From an uncultured virus (IMG/VR IMGVR_UViG_3300025603_000008) (Duplodnaviria; Heunggongvirae; Uroviricota; Caudoviricetes): 64,000 bases of DNA. Below are positions 40,430-50,053 of the stretch, one piece after another (position 1 is the first letter of the stretch; each line of letters opens with the position of its first letter). The stretch lies in IMG/VR virus record IMGVR_UViG_3300025603_000008, one strand, 5' to 3'. A program made the position numbers and the translations under genes. Below the pieces are notes generated by a model. It was not told where the DNA came from, made no database searches, and saw only the letters and a program-made list of their open reading frames with translations.

Positions 40430-40759
40430 ATGGTAACAACTCAAGAACAAAAAGAATTAATGGAAGACCTTTGCGGCACAATCAGGCATCAGGTTATCGG
40501 GGTGAAGAACTCCTACGTAGATGACTACGGACGCTTCGGAAACTTTCAGATTGTCATTAGCAAAGAAAAGCGAGGCAGTTACATCAATGGAAAGAAGCGA
40601 GACTTCAGGGGCATCATGGCAGCAGCCAGAAAGCATATTGAGCAAGTGCCAGGCGCACACTTGAGGAAAAACTCCCTTTACTCCGATGATAAGAACGTAA
40701 TGATGGTCGATATCGACTTCAACAATTACGATGAAAACTCAAACTCTTTCTCATCTTAA
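40430..40759 (+). CDS. hypothetical protein
   Basis: Start set by motif 40396. Confidence 0.7.
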   Translation: MVTTQEQKELMEDLCGTIRHQVIGVKNSYVDDYGRFGNFQIVISKEKRGSYINGKKRDFRGIMAAARKHIEQVPGAHLRKNSLYSDDKNVMMVDIDFNNYDENSNSFSS

Positions 40760-40784
40760 ACTCTCCTTTGAACTCATTAACGGT

Positions 40785-41102
40785 ATGAACACAGAACTAA
40801 TCACATCACTTCAAAAAGAAAACGGTATGAACACAGAACTAATTACATCACTTCAAGAAGAAAACGGTTTTAGCGAGCTTCAAGACCATATTAACACAGG
40901 TATGGCGTGGAAGCTAGAAGGCTCAGTAGGGCGTGCAGCAATGGGCGCAATGAATGCAGGGGCTTGTATGTTAGGAGAAGAGTCTCGCTTTGACTATTAT
41001 GGAAATAAAGTTCCAGCAAGAGAAGAAGTGGAAGCAGGAACAAAAGGAAGCCTGCAGAATGCAGTCGACTTCTGGAGCAATCCTGAAAACTACATGGACT
41101 AA
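40785..41102 (+). CDS. conserved phage protein with duplicated 14-aa N-terminus
   Basis: MNTELITSLQ[KE]ENG x2, IN.G.AW.LEG..GR.A motif. Confidence 0.75.
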   Translation: MNTELITSLQKENGMNTELITSLQEENGFSELQDHINTGMAWKLEGSVGRAAMGAMNAGACMLGEESRFDYYGNKVPAREEVEAGTKGSLQNAVDFWSNPENYMD

Positions 41103-41551
41103 TGGAAGGATTCGAAGGCTGGCTAAACAGCGATAACGTCATAAAGACAGAAGCAGAAGTATACATGACTCAATGCAGCCAGTGTAACATCCCAATGAGT
41201 CTTTTAGAGCTCAAGAAATACTACTTGATGCAATTTATTGAACCATACTTCAAACCTGAGCTGGAACACGTTAAAACGTACTTAAAAGGCGAATACGAAG
41301 TATCTGAGCTTGAACACAGAGTTCAGGAAGCCACTCACAGCTATCTAGACGACGGTTGGGAAGATGAATTTGATGATGAAGAGGAAGCGTATCGGGAAAC
41401 TGGACGCGGGGAAGCTGAGTCAGAAGTGCGGGAAGAAATCCAACAAGACTTGTTGGGGCGAATGAAACTCACTCACCAAGAATATAACGAATTTATAGGC
41501 CAAGAAGTTTGGGACACAATCAATGAAGTGTTTAATTTTCTTGACGCATAA
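41102..41551 (+). CDS. acidic hypothetical protein
   Basis: TAATG overlap. Confidence 0.7.
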   Translation: MEGFEGWLNSDNVIKTEAEVYMTQCSQCNIPMSLLELKKYYLMQFIEPYFKPELEHVKTYLKGEYEVSELEHRVQEATHSYLDDGWEDEFDDEEEAYRETGRGEAESEVREEIQQDLLGRMKLTHQEYNEFIGQEVWDTINEVFNFLDA

Positions 41552-41586
41552 TTCATCCCAAACAACACTCTTAACTCATAAGCAGC

Positions 41587-41817
41587 ATGAATAAGATAGA
41601 AGTAAAACATTTAGAAAACAAAGATATTGACATTGTTGTGGAAGGTAAATCGTATGCAAAGCTGTTAAGAAAAGCAGATATTTCAGAAGGTTATGATATT
41701 ATTTTAGACTTTGAACCCAATGAAGATTTCATTGCCACAGCAGGTTCTTTAATGTATGCAACGTATATCGTAAAAAATCAGATAGAATCTTGTTTTGATT
41801 TAACTTTATCTTTTTGA
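41587..41817 (+). CDS. hypothetical protein
   Basis: Motif-led. Confidence 0.65.
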   Translation: MNKIEVKHLENKDIDIVVEGKSYAKLLRKADISEGYDIILDFEPNEDFIATAGSLMYATYIVKNQIESCFDLTLSF

Positions 41818-42356
41818 TTTTTAGGGTATTCTTTTTGTTTTGAAGAAATGTGTTTATCATCAAAAAAAGGAATTATAAACTTTCTGCTTTTAACCAAAGA
41901 ATAGAAGTCGTTTCTATCTTGAATTCCCATCCCTGAAAATGAGATTTTTCTATTTTGAATTGTTTTTTCTCCTTGAATATATGACCATTCAAAATAATAT
42001 CCTTCTTGTGATTCTTTTTTCTCTCCAAAAATAACAGACTCTTGTTCATACTTAAGACCCATCTCAATAACTTGCTCTTTGCTGATGTTTGGGACAAGCA
42101 AGCTATTTTCCTTCATTTCGTAACTTCCGCCTATTTTTATAAACCCCAACCCCATTGAGTTTATTTGGCTTTTGAGTTGTCTCATTTTAATGCTGTTATC
42201 TTGTGTAGTAGCTTCTTGTCCGTATGGGTTTTCAGCAGTTAAAATTCCAATTGAATCGACACTAGCAACACCACCTTGCATCATATTTCTAACTCTTGAG
42301 AAACCTGACATCTCATCAACTGTTTCTTTTATTATATTCACAATTTCGCTTCTCAT
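41778..42356 (-). CDS. DUF3293-like phage protein, counter-oriented, probable late gene
   Basis: ILTAENP...G.Y...E.S...G.KY.QES pattern, IIKE N-terminus, TATTTA upstream. Confidence 0.65.
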   Translation of the reverse strand: MRSEIVNIIKETVDEMSGFSRVRNMMQGGVASVDSIGILTAENPYGQEATTQDNSIKMRQLKSQINSMGLGFIKIGGSYEMKENSLLVPNISKEQVIEMGLKYEQESVIFGEKKESQEGYYFEWSYIQGEKTIQNRKISFSGMGIQDRNDFYSLVKSRKFIIPFFDDKHISSKQKEYPKNQKDKVKSKQDSI

Positions 42357-42424
42357 TAAAATAAGTTTTTAAATAAATAGAAACCAAAATTCATTCCAAA
42401 CAAAACTCTTAACTCATGAGGAAT

Positions 42425-42715
42425 ATGGAACACTACCTACACTCAGACGACACAGAGGAACTAATTAAATCATTTAAAAAGTTCGACAAGGCGGCAATCA
42501 AGGCGGCAATCATATCGCACTTAGAAGCGAACCCAAAAGACACAATCGAGTACTCCAAGGATTTTTCTTTGGAAGACCAAAAGAAGTATTCAGGAACAGA
42601 CATCCTAGACTTCTATTGCAACAACCCAAAATCTGGTAACCCTTGTAAAATGATATTCAAAGGAGAAAAGACTTTCTACAAGAAACTCATCCCAGACTCT
42701 CCCTTAAACTCATAA
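42425..42715 (+). CDS. hypothetical protein
   Basis: ATG 7 nt after motif 42391. Confidence 0.7.
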   Translation: MEHYLHSDDTEELIKSFKKFDKAAIKAAIISHLEANPKDTIEYSKDFSLEDQKKYSGTDILDFYCNNPKSGNPCKMIFKGEKTFYKKLIPDSPLNS

Positions 42716-42720
42716 GCAGC

Positions 42721-43638
42721 ATGAGCTACGAAATCATTTACGACAAGCAATTTATCAAACTGGAACGCAAAGACCAGCCGACTGTATTCATACCAATGAT
42801 ATACGCAGGCTCAAGCAATTGCTATGACATGGTTTACGACCGAAACGGACGCCAGCGAGAACGACGAGAAAGAAGTTGGTTTTGTTTTGAATTCATTTGT
42901 GGCGGCAATCACTTCGACACACAGGAGTCTATGCTGCAACGTCAACAGGAATTCAGAGACGACAAAGCAATTCAGGACGAAGAATCAATCGCTTTGCACG
43001 GATTGTACGACGATAAGAAATTCGGCTATTGGTCATCATTGGCAATAGGAGGCTCAACAAGAAACACGACTTTTGGTCAGTACCAAGGCGTTGTGAAAAC
43101 AGGGTGCAAGAACGCCTTCACCATTGAGGAGCTTTTTGAAGAAAACATTCACCTTTCAATCTCAACTGGAAGCGACTATTACAGCAAAGACAAATTCGAA
43201 GCTGCAGGATTCAGTTCGTTTTCAGTCACACCCAAGACAACTGAGGAATTCTTTTCTATGCTGGAAGACTTTCTAGCCAAGACACAGCCGCACGGTATCC
43301 CTTGCTTTCTCTCCCTGGACGTAAGCGAAGACAACTTAAAACGATTCAGGAAGAACACCAGACCACAGCGAAGAAAGATTACTACATCGATAGAAACCAG
43401 TCTTTGGTACACAATCGATATTAAAGAGCTAGGTGCGTTTATCAAGTTCACCAGCAGGTCGACTAGATACTCACACACGGATAGTGGTGGACTTAAATTC
43501 ACCGACAAAGCGAAGGCGCTCAAGAAGCTGGAACACGTCAAAAAAGCATTGAGCTGGAGACAGTACACAATCTCCCTGAAAACTCACACAACTCCAACGT
43601 GGATAAATGTGACCAGCTACGAAAAAGTAGAAAACTAA
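42721..43638 (+). CDS. hypothetical protein
   Basis: 305 aa, motif-led. Confidence 0.8.
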   Translation: MSYEIIYDKQFIKLERKDQPTVFIPMIYAGSSNCYDMVYDRNGRQRERRERSWFCFEFICGGNHFDTQESMLQRQQEFRDDKAIQDEESIALHGLYDDKKFGYWSSLAIGGSTRNTTFGQYQGVVKTGCKNAFTIEELFEENIHLSISTGSDYYSKDKFEAAGFSSFSVTPKTTEEFFSMLEDFLAKTQPHGIPCFLSLDVSEDNLKRFRKNTRPQRRKITTSIETSLWYTIDIKELGAFIKFTSRSTRYSHTDSGGLKFTDKAKALKKLEHVKKALSWRQYTISLKTHTTPTWINVTSYEKVEN

Positions 43639-43705
43639 TCCATCCCAGACTCTCCCTTGAACTCATAAGGAGAGAACAACAAAACAACCAAGCAACCAAG
43701 CAATT

Positions 43706-43921
43706 ATGGAAATGACAATCAACACATTCCTTTTTCAAGGCATAAAAGTAAGAGAGTTTACGAATTTAGACCCAGATGTTTCTGGGGTAGAAGTGTATCA
43801 AAACGGCAATCATCTTGGCTCAATTGTAGGAGAGTCCATCCCAGATGAAGAAGATAAAGACGCTACGGCAGGATTCGCCTCTATGTTAGAAGATTGGCTG
43901 GTGGATAATTGTGAAAACTAA
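43706..43921 (+). CDS. acidic hypothetical protein
   Basis: Motif upstream. Confidence 0.7.
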   Translation: MEMTINTFLFQGIKVREFTNLDPDVSGVEVYQNGNHLGSIVGESIPDEEDKDATAGFASMLEDWLVDNCEN

Positions 43922-44378
43922 AACTCATCCCAGCAGGTTAGTTCAACTCATTTAACTTAAATTCAATAAAATGAAAATCTCAAAAATATTCACAATGGGC
44001 ATTAAGATACTACTCCTTTTAGTTTTTCTTGTGGTAGGTCTTGAGCATCTTCTTAATTTTTTTTAATTCATCAGCAACATGAAAGTAATAGATTATCTAG
44101 GAGCAGAAGGTTCTTGCATCGTAATAGAACAGCCTACAGACATTTTTCCATTATTAGATTGGGCGCATAGTCGAATGATAGAAAAACAAGAAAAAGCAAA
44201 AGGAAGCGTCAATGTAGAAAAGTGGAAAAATGCTATAGACTTCTTGGCAAAGCAAATGGAGGAAGCTGAAGCTGAAGGGTTTGGAAGCATGGACAATGTG
44301 GAAGAAATTGATTATTAATTCAATTTGATAATTGTGAAAACTAAAACTCATCCCAGCAGGTTAGTTCAACTCATTTAA
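43904..44378 (+). repeat. 52-bp direct repeat (gene end + class I motif) at 43904 and 44327
   Basis: gataattgtgaaaactaaaactcatcccagcaggttagttcaactcatttaa x2. Confidence 0.85.
44079..44318 (+). CDS. hypothetical protein
   Basis: Between the 52-bp repeats. Confidence 0.65.
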   Translation: MKVIDYLGAEGSCIVIEQPTDIFPLLDWAHSRMIEKQEKAKGSVNVEKWKNAIDFLAKQMEEAEAEGFGSMDNVEEIDY

Positions 44379-44434
44379 GGTATAAAGAAATTAAATTCTA
44401 AATTGCGTCAAAATATTCACTAACCTGTACTCCT

Positions 44435-44626
44435 ATGAAAATTGAACAATTTAATCTAGCAAGGCAAATTCGCGGGTTAATTGACGAAGTGAATACGGCA
44501 AAATCACAATTGCGAAAGATGAAAATCCGTGAAGAGGATGAAGAATTTAACGAGGCTCTTAAACTGGCACAAAGTGCTACAAGCTATTCAATAACTCGTT
44601 TGGAAGAGGATTTTGATAATTTGTAA
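44435..44626 (+). CDS. hypothetical coiled-coil protein
   Basis: ORF. Confidence 0.6.
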   Translation: MKIEQFNLARQIRGLIDEVNTAKSQLRKMKIREEDEEFNEALKLAQSATSYSITRLEEDFDNL

Positions 44627-44691
44627 CACATTGACTAATAAAAAAGATTTTGATAATTTGTAACACATTGACTAATAAAAAAGTTTTGATT

Positions 44692-44856
44692 ATGAATGAA
44701 CACGTAAATTACTTTAATGAGGAAATACAAAGCAAACTCGAACAACTTCCAAGAGCTATAGAAGGCAATTCAAGCAAGAAAGAGTTAAAAAGAATTTGTA
44801 GGGAAATACGAATTTTGAAAGACGCACGAGAGTATTTTCTGTATAACGCTGTTTAA
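44692..44856 (+). CDS. hypothetical protein
   Basis: ATG after a tandem repeat of about 38 bp. Confidence 0.55.
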   Translation: MNEHVNYFNEEIQSKLEQLPRAIEGNSSKKELKRICREIRILKDAREYFLYNAV

Positions 44857-44928
44857 ACTCATCCCAAAAAGAATAATCGACTCATAAACAATATCGGCAT
44901 AAGCCACAGCATTTAATACCTAAAAATA

Positions 44929-45345
44929 ATGGGATATACTCACTATTACACGCTAAAAGAAAAGCCAAACGCATCTAAGTTCAAAGCGTTTAGCGAAGAC
45001 TGCAAAAAGATTGCGGATGACTGCAATAAAAACGGAATAGTTGTCTGCGGTGGCGAAGGCGAAGGCGCACCAGTCATTAATGAGAATGTTGTTGCAATCA
45101 ACGGAGATAAAACAAGAGGTCAAGACCACGAAACGTTTTATGTCTCCACAGATGAAGACGGTTTCAACTTCTGCAAGACTGCTGAAAAAGAGTACGACCC
45201 CGCAGTGACAGCAATGCTAGTTGCGTTGAAGCAACATTACCCTAGTGCGGAAATCTCGTCAGATGGTGAACAGGAGGGTTTCGAAGAAGGAATTGCAATT
45301 TGTGAAAGATTGCTCGGTTACGGCTCTAACTTCAAAGTAGACTGA
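44929..45345 (+). CDS. conserved phage protein (MGYTHY...FNFCKT...YD), distant paralog of 58577
   Basis: Shared pattern with 58577..59158. Confidence 0.8.
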   Translation: MGYTHYYTLKEKPNASKFKAFSEDCKKIADDCNKNGIVVCGGEGEGAPVINENVVAINGDKTRGQDHETFYVSTDEDGFNFCKTAEKEYDPAVTAMLVALKQHYPSAEISSDGEQEGFEEGIAICERLLGYGSNFKVD

Positions 45346-45355
45346 GAGTAACTTG

Positions 45356-45401
45356 GAAACAAAAAACCTTTCTGACCGTATAATTAAAATACGGTCAGAA
45401 A
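45356..45401 (+). promoter_or_regulatory. class II promoter embedded in an inverted repeat upstream of the tRNA
   Basis: gaaac-N16-cgtata, tttctgaccgtat...atacggtcagaaa. Confidence 0.6.
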
Positions 45402-45402
45402 T

Positions 45403-45475
45403 GGCTCTTTAGCTCAGTTGGTTAGAGCAACGGACTTTAAATCCGTGGTCACGAGTTCGAGTCTCGTAGGAGTCA
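45403..45475 (+). tRNA. tRNA with UUA anticodon (ochre suppressor, Lys-like body)
   Basis: GGCTCTT/AGGAGTC acceptor, GCTC/GAGC D stem, ACGGA-CTTTAAA-TCCGT anticodon arm, ACGAG-TTCGAGT-CTCGT T arm. Confidence 0.8.
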
Positions 45476-45518
45476 CAACTTTTTTCATCCAAAACTCTCC
45501 CTTCAACTCATAAGCAGC

Positions 45519-46283
45519 ATGAAAGAAATTAAGCCAGTTAAAGATATAGGATTTTGTGGAGTTGACTCAGGTCAAATTCTGATAGTTGACCCGAAACTGT
45601 TCTCGGAGAACTGGAGTGAAGAAGAATTCCAAGACGAACGAAAGTATATCCACAAGGAAACTGGAGACCGTCTTAACTACCAAGAACACTTTGCCAGCTT
45701 CGCAGCTATTCTTGAACCATACGGCAAAGACATGAATGCAATGATTAAGGCTGAAGAAGTCATGTTGTTGCCACGAACCCCAGCGAAAGAAGTTCTTTCA
45801 TACAATTCTTGCTGCTTAGCAACGCTAGAATCCGCTTTCGGTATACTGGGAGATGGAATAGCAGTAGCAACAAGAACTGGTGTGGGAGATGGAAGTTATC
45901 ACGTGTTTCCTCTGGAGACAAAAGACGGAGTCCAGAAAGGAGTACAAATTGTATTCTTGGAAGAATTCGACATCACGAAAGCCTTGACAGATTGTGAAGG
46001 AGAAATCAAATGCGAGTCTGGAATGATAATGTTTGCAGACCCTTGCTACTCCAGAAGCCAAGAAAATTTAACCCCAGAAGCCATAGCACTCAAAATGAAT
46101 GCTACACGTGGCAAAGGTGCTGCACAACTAAACTACGACAAAGGACACGAAGGGTTAGGTGTGCTTGTAGAAGCGGAAATAGGAAACTATGACGTGTACA
46201 TCCATAAGGAAGAATACATTCCAGAAGGAGACAGTTGGGGCGAAAGAGTATTTGGTGTTGTTCTTGTAAAATCAGAAGATTAA
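45519..46283 (+). CDS. DUF4241-like protein
   Basis: GVDSGQI...DP and G.GDG.Y.V motifs, two repeats. Confidence 0.65.
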   Translation: MKEIKPVKDIGFCGVDSGQILIVDPKLFSENWSEEEFQDERKYIHKETGDRLNYQEHFASFAAILEPYGKDMNAMIKAEEVMLLPRTPAKEVLSYNSCCLATLESAFGILGDGIAVATRTGVGDGSYHVFPLETKDGVQKGVQIVFLEEFDITKALTDCEGEIKCESGMIMFADPCYSRSQENLTPEAIALKMNATRGKGAAQLNYDKGHEGLGVLVEAEIGNYDVYIHKEEYIPEGDSWGERVFGVVLVKSED

Positions 46284-46360
46284 TTCATCCCACAAACTCT
46301 CCCTGACTCATAACTGGCAATGTAAAATGCTTTTTTAATAAACAAATAAAGAAAATAATC

Positions 46361-46798
46361 ATGGGAAGTTTCAGCTGGAATAAAGCAGACAAGCTAACAA
46401 AAATAGAAAATGTGGCTCACGAAAGTCTCTTCAAATTTCTAATACCCAAGGAGTTTGGAGGTGGTTTTATCAAAGACACTTACCAAGACTACGGGCGTTT
46501 AGGTGCAAAAGAAAATGGAATGCCTAAATACGATATGTATGAATTACAAGCCTTTTGGAATAATGCTGAAGGCTTGTTATTTGATGGTGAAAAGCCTTTG
46601 ATGAAAGAGATTGATGAATACACAGAAGACAACAGAATTAAAGGCTTATCTATTGGATGCTACGATGAAGAAATATTGAAGCTAAAATATCCACTAAAAT
46701 TGGTTTCTGAGTCTTACGAAGGTACTTATGAAGATTTGGAAACCTGTAGTTTAGGAGACCCCGACCAAGGTTTTGGCAGTAGGAAACGTAAACTGTAG
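46361..46798 (+). CDS. hypothetical protein
   Basis: ORF. Confidence 0.75.
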   Translation: MGSFSWNKADKLTKIENVAHESLFKFLIPKEFGGGFIKDTYQDYGRLGAKENGMPKYDMYELQAFWNNAEGLLFDGEKPLMKEIDEYTEDNRIKGLSIGCYDEEILKLKYPLKLVSESYEGTYEDLETCSLGDPDQGFGSRKRKL

Positions 46799-46843
46799 AT
46801 AACGCTTTCTCATCCCAACAAAAGAACTCAGCTCATAGAGGAT

Positions 46844-47740
46844 ATGAACACAGCAACGCAAAACATCGACAAAGCTTTTTTGGAAAGCAAATCATTCGAA
46901 TGCCTCACTCAATGGAACGGAGGAAAATATCCCGTGATATGTGAAGCGGCAAGCGGAAACATTGCTCGTATATCTGACAATGTATTCAGTTTTACCCAGT
47001 ATAATTTCTTGCCAACCAGCTTAGACGGCAAAACACCTGCAGATGACATCTTGGACGGACACTTCACATTCTACGTGAATGTCGATACGTTTGAATACTT
47101 AGCTTACAGGAGTGCTGGGTATGCAAACTTCACTTCGGTTACATCAGTTGAATTCAACGGTTTCTACACCAAAGAAGCTTTGCCTGAATTAAGCCGAAAG
47201 CGAATTGAATCTGTTATTGCTCACAAGCTACTGGGAGCTTATTTTCACGACAGCAACGCTGTGAATCAAAATGGTGCAAACCTCATCGAGCCTCAAACTC
47301 CAGAACCAGCTGGAAACAATTTTAATAAAGATATTATGCGTCACCGAGGATTCAAACAATCCTTGATTTGCGATAACCGTGGATATGTCTGGTGTGACTA
47401 CAAGCCTGAAACACTTTGCGATGCTGACCTGCTCGCTTTGTCTACTTTAGACAGTTGGACACCGCCTGAACTCCCTGAATTCCCTGAAGACCTCTTAAAA
47501 TCGCTTAGAAGCAAATTAACTTCTGGTAAAAAAGGAGTGGCTCGCCAAATAGATTTCGAATTCGCTGGTCTCTCCCTGAGTATCGCACACTACATTGACC
47601 CTATCTATGGCAATAGAACATCTTTGGGTACAGCTGAAGATGTGGTGTTATCTGGGATGTCGACCAAGCACTCGCTGACAAAGTTCATTCGACTTATCCC
47701 TGAGATTCTTAGGAATTACTCATCCGACAACCTCAAGTAG
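46844..47740 (+). CDS. hypothetical protein
   Basis: Motif-led, stop in next motif. Confidence 0.8.
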   Translation: MNTATQNIDKAFLESKSFECLTQWNGGKYPVICEAASGNIARISDNVFSFTQYNFLPTSLDGKTPADDILDGHFTFYVNVDTFEYLAYRSAGYANFTSVTSVEFNGFYTKEALPELSRKRIESVIAHKLLGAYFHDSNAVNQNGANLIEPQTPEPAGNNFNKDIMRHRGFKQSLICDNRGYVWCDYKPETLCDADLLALSTLDSWTPPELPEFPEDLLKSLRSKLTSGKKGVARQIDFEFAGLSLSIAHYIDPIYGNRTSLGTAEDVVLSGMSTKHSLTKFIRLIPEILRNYSSDNLK

Positions 47741-47753
47741 ACTCATTGAAGCC

Positions 47754-48044
47754 ATGATAACAAGCGACAGCATAACATATGGAGACAGCGTTTATGGCGG
47801 AAACCAAACCTACTGGCAAAGCGTTCTCTTTGAAGGCAAAGAAGTCGGTGCACTTGCAACCAAGCAAGGTAGCATATTGAAGCCGCTAACGGAATGGCAT
47901 CAGATATGTGTAGAAGATACGCAGGCAAACCAAGACGCCGCTGACAAATGGTACATCTCTGAGGACTTGGGCTTCATTTTCATTGTGTTCTACACTTTGG
48001 ATAAAATGATTTCCTACCTGAACTCATCCCAAAAGCAACCTTAG
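47754..48044 (+). CDS. hypothetical protein
   Basis: Motif-led. Confidence 0.75.
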   Translation: MITSDSITYGDSVYGGNQTYWQSVLFEGKEVGALATKQGSILKPLTEWHQICVEDTQANQDAADKWYISEDLGFIFIVFYTLDKMISYLNSSQKQP

Positions 48045-48057
48045 ACTCATAAACCAC

Positions 48058-48483
48058 ATGGAAGACCTATCAAAAATATTAGATACCTACAAAATACACA
48101 CAGAATTCTACGACAAAAAGCGTATCGCTGTTGAGCGGGCGCAAGCAAGGTTTGAGAAGGCAGGGGCAAAGCTTGGAATCAATACCAACATTGCCACACC
48201 GCTTGCAATCTTAATCAAAGACCGCCTTCAGGGTGACTCTTACGATGCAATGGGCCCTTTTGGTTTATCCAATGAATGCGGAATCAGTGTGAAAAAAGAA
48301 GGCTCAAAAGACAGCATCTTTTATGTAAGCCTCCAGATTGGCGTGGGTGAAGACGGAGAAAGTGTGCTATTGTTCCTAAAAGGCTATGACACACAATGGA
48401 ATAACAGAGAAAAGCTTGTTGACGCCACCGATTGGGACATTGATAAGATAATTGCGTTTAGTGATAATGACTGCAAAATATAA
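48058..48483 (+). CDS. hypothetical protein
   Basis: Motif-led. Confidence 0.75.
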   Translation: MEDLSKILDTYKIHTEFYDKKRIAVERAQARFEKAGAKLGINTNIATPLAILIKDRLQGDSYDAMGPFGLSNECGISVKKEGSKDSIFYVSLQIGVGEDGESVLLFLKGYDTQWNNREKLVDATDWDIDKIIAFSDNDCKI

Positions 48484-48857
48484 ACTCATCCCAGAATTAA
48501 AACCAAACTCATATGCGGGTTCAACTGGGAAGCTAGTTGCGACAAGAATTTGGGAAGGTGGCGACACAATTGACCAAATCACTATCGAAGACGGTGTGGT
48601 CATCGAAGAAACAATCGAACTGTAATTCATCCCAACCCAAAGTAACGGTGAACGTCATAAAATTAGGCACACCGATTCCATCCCACAAACTCTCCCTGAC
48701 TCATAAGCGGTATGAAAAATACAGAAAACATAACTGAGGCACTTAGCATTCCACACGAAATGCTAAACAAAACAATTAATGGGGCTTTTTTGTTAAAATT
48801 AACAAGAACTACTCAGCAACCGTAAAAAACCTTTCTTCATTCATTGATTACATTCAG

Positions 48858-49247
48858 ATGTACTCACATGACCTAGACGAGAGTTTTGGGGAAATTGAAA
48901 AGGATTCTAAAGAAGATTATGATTTCTATAATCACCTATTAGAGGTTATCTGCTATGTAAACGGATTCGCAAAATTTAATACAAATCCGCACCAATTTGT
49001 TGAGTTGAAAAATGAAAAAGAAACAGTTTCCATTAGAACTAAAAGCGGGAAGCTAGTCACTATATGCTTCTCAGAACTCTCTAGGAGCGCAGACGTGGTA
49101 CTTCACAACTCTGGAATGCAATCAATCGACAATGGTTCTCCAGTCCCTCAGTTTGAGGTTATGGGCTTAAAGTGTGGCGAAACTCCTATTAAGTCAACTC
49201 CCGTAACTATAAGTGTTATCCAGTTAGGGAAAAAAATCTCATCTTAA
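48858..49247 (+). CDS. hypothetical protein (possibly frameshifted from start 48712)
   Basis: Motif 48678 points to ATG 48712 in a short upstream ORF. Confidence 0.6.
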   Translation: MYSHDLDESFGEIEKDSKEDYDFYNHLLEVICYVNGFAKFNTNPHQFVELKNEKETVSIRTKSGKLVTICFSELSRSADVVLHNSGMQSIDNGSPVPQFEVMGLKCGETPIKSTPVTISVIQLGKKISS

Positions 49248-49272
49248 ACTCTCCCTTCAACTCATAGAAATC

Positions 49273-49503
49273 ATGGCAAACGAAAAAACATATTACAATC
49301 ACGCATTCGACCTAGGTTTTACAGTAATGTCAACCAGTCCCAATGGTGAAGCAAGCAATGAAGAAATCATGACAGGTCTTCGCAGACGTTTAGCGTCTTT
49401 GGAATCAAACCCTGATGATATTCAGGAATCCGCAAGCTGTTACGACCCCTCGGATGAACCAACCACTCAAGAAGAATACGATAAGTGGAAAAACCAGAAA
49501 TAG
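49273..49503 (+). CDS. hypothetical protein
   Basis: Motif-led. Confidence 0.75.
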   Translation: MANEKTYYNHAFDLGFTVMSTSPNGEASNEEIMTGLRRRLASLESNPDDIQESASCYDPSDEPTTQEEYDKWKNQK

Positions 49504-49540
49504 TTCTCATCTTAAACTCTCCCTTCAACTCATAGAAATC

Positions 49541-49993
49541 ATGACAGATAAAAAATACAAAGTTCATGTGTGCCGTATCGGATACGGACACATCACCACA
49601 ACTATAACAGCGAGTTCACCTGAAGCTGCTGCTGAAGAAGCAATCGATGTAGCAGGGGATACGTCGTTCTCTGACAAAAGCTCGGAGTATCAAGTTGAAT
49701 CAATCACTTGTGTTGAAACTGGTAAAGTCACATCTTTAGTCAAGAACTCAGACCAAATCGTGGCAATGCATAACGAGTTAAAAGAAGAAATCCGTCACTC
49801 TGTAAGAACAGCCCTTGAAGCTCGTGAAGGAAAGCGACTTGAATTCAATGCGGTCTGGGAGGACGAAGCTCACAACGATATTCACGCTGTTTCTATTGAA
49901 CACGGTGTTGAATTTGAAGGAGACGCTTATCCAATATCGGAATTAGGTATTGAAGATTCAATTTATGTATTGAACGAACTAGAAAACAACTAA
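49541..49993 (+). CDS. acidic hypothetical protein
   Basis: Start set by motif 49507. Confidence 0.75.
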   Translation: MTDKKYKVHVCRIGYGHITTTITASSPEAAAEEAIDVAGDTSFSDKSSEYQVESITCVETGKVTSLVKNSDQIVAMHNELKEEIRHSVRTALEAREGKRLEFNAVWEDEAHNDIHAVSIEHGVEFEGDAYPISELGIEDSIYVLNELENN

Positions 49994-50053
49994 GACACCT
50001 TATAGAGCTGGAGCTTAATCCATCCTAGACTCTCCCTTCAACTCATAGAAATT

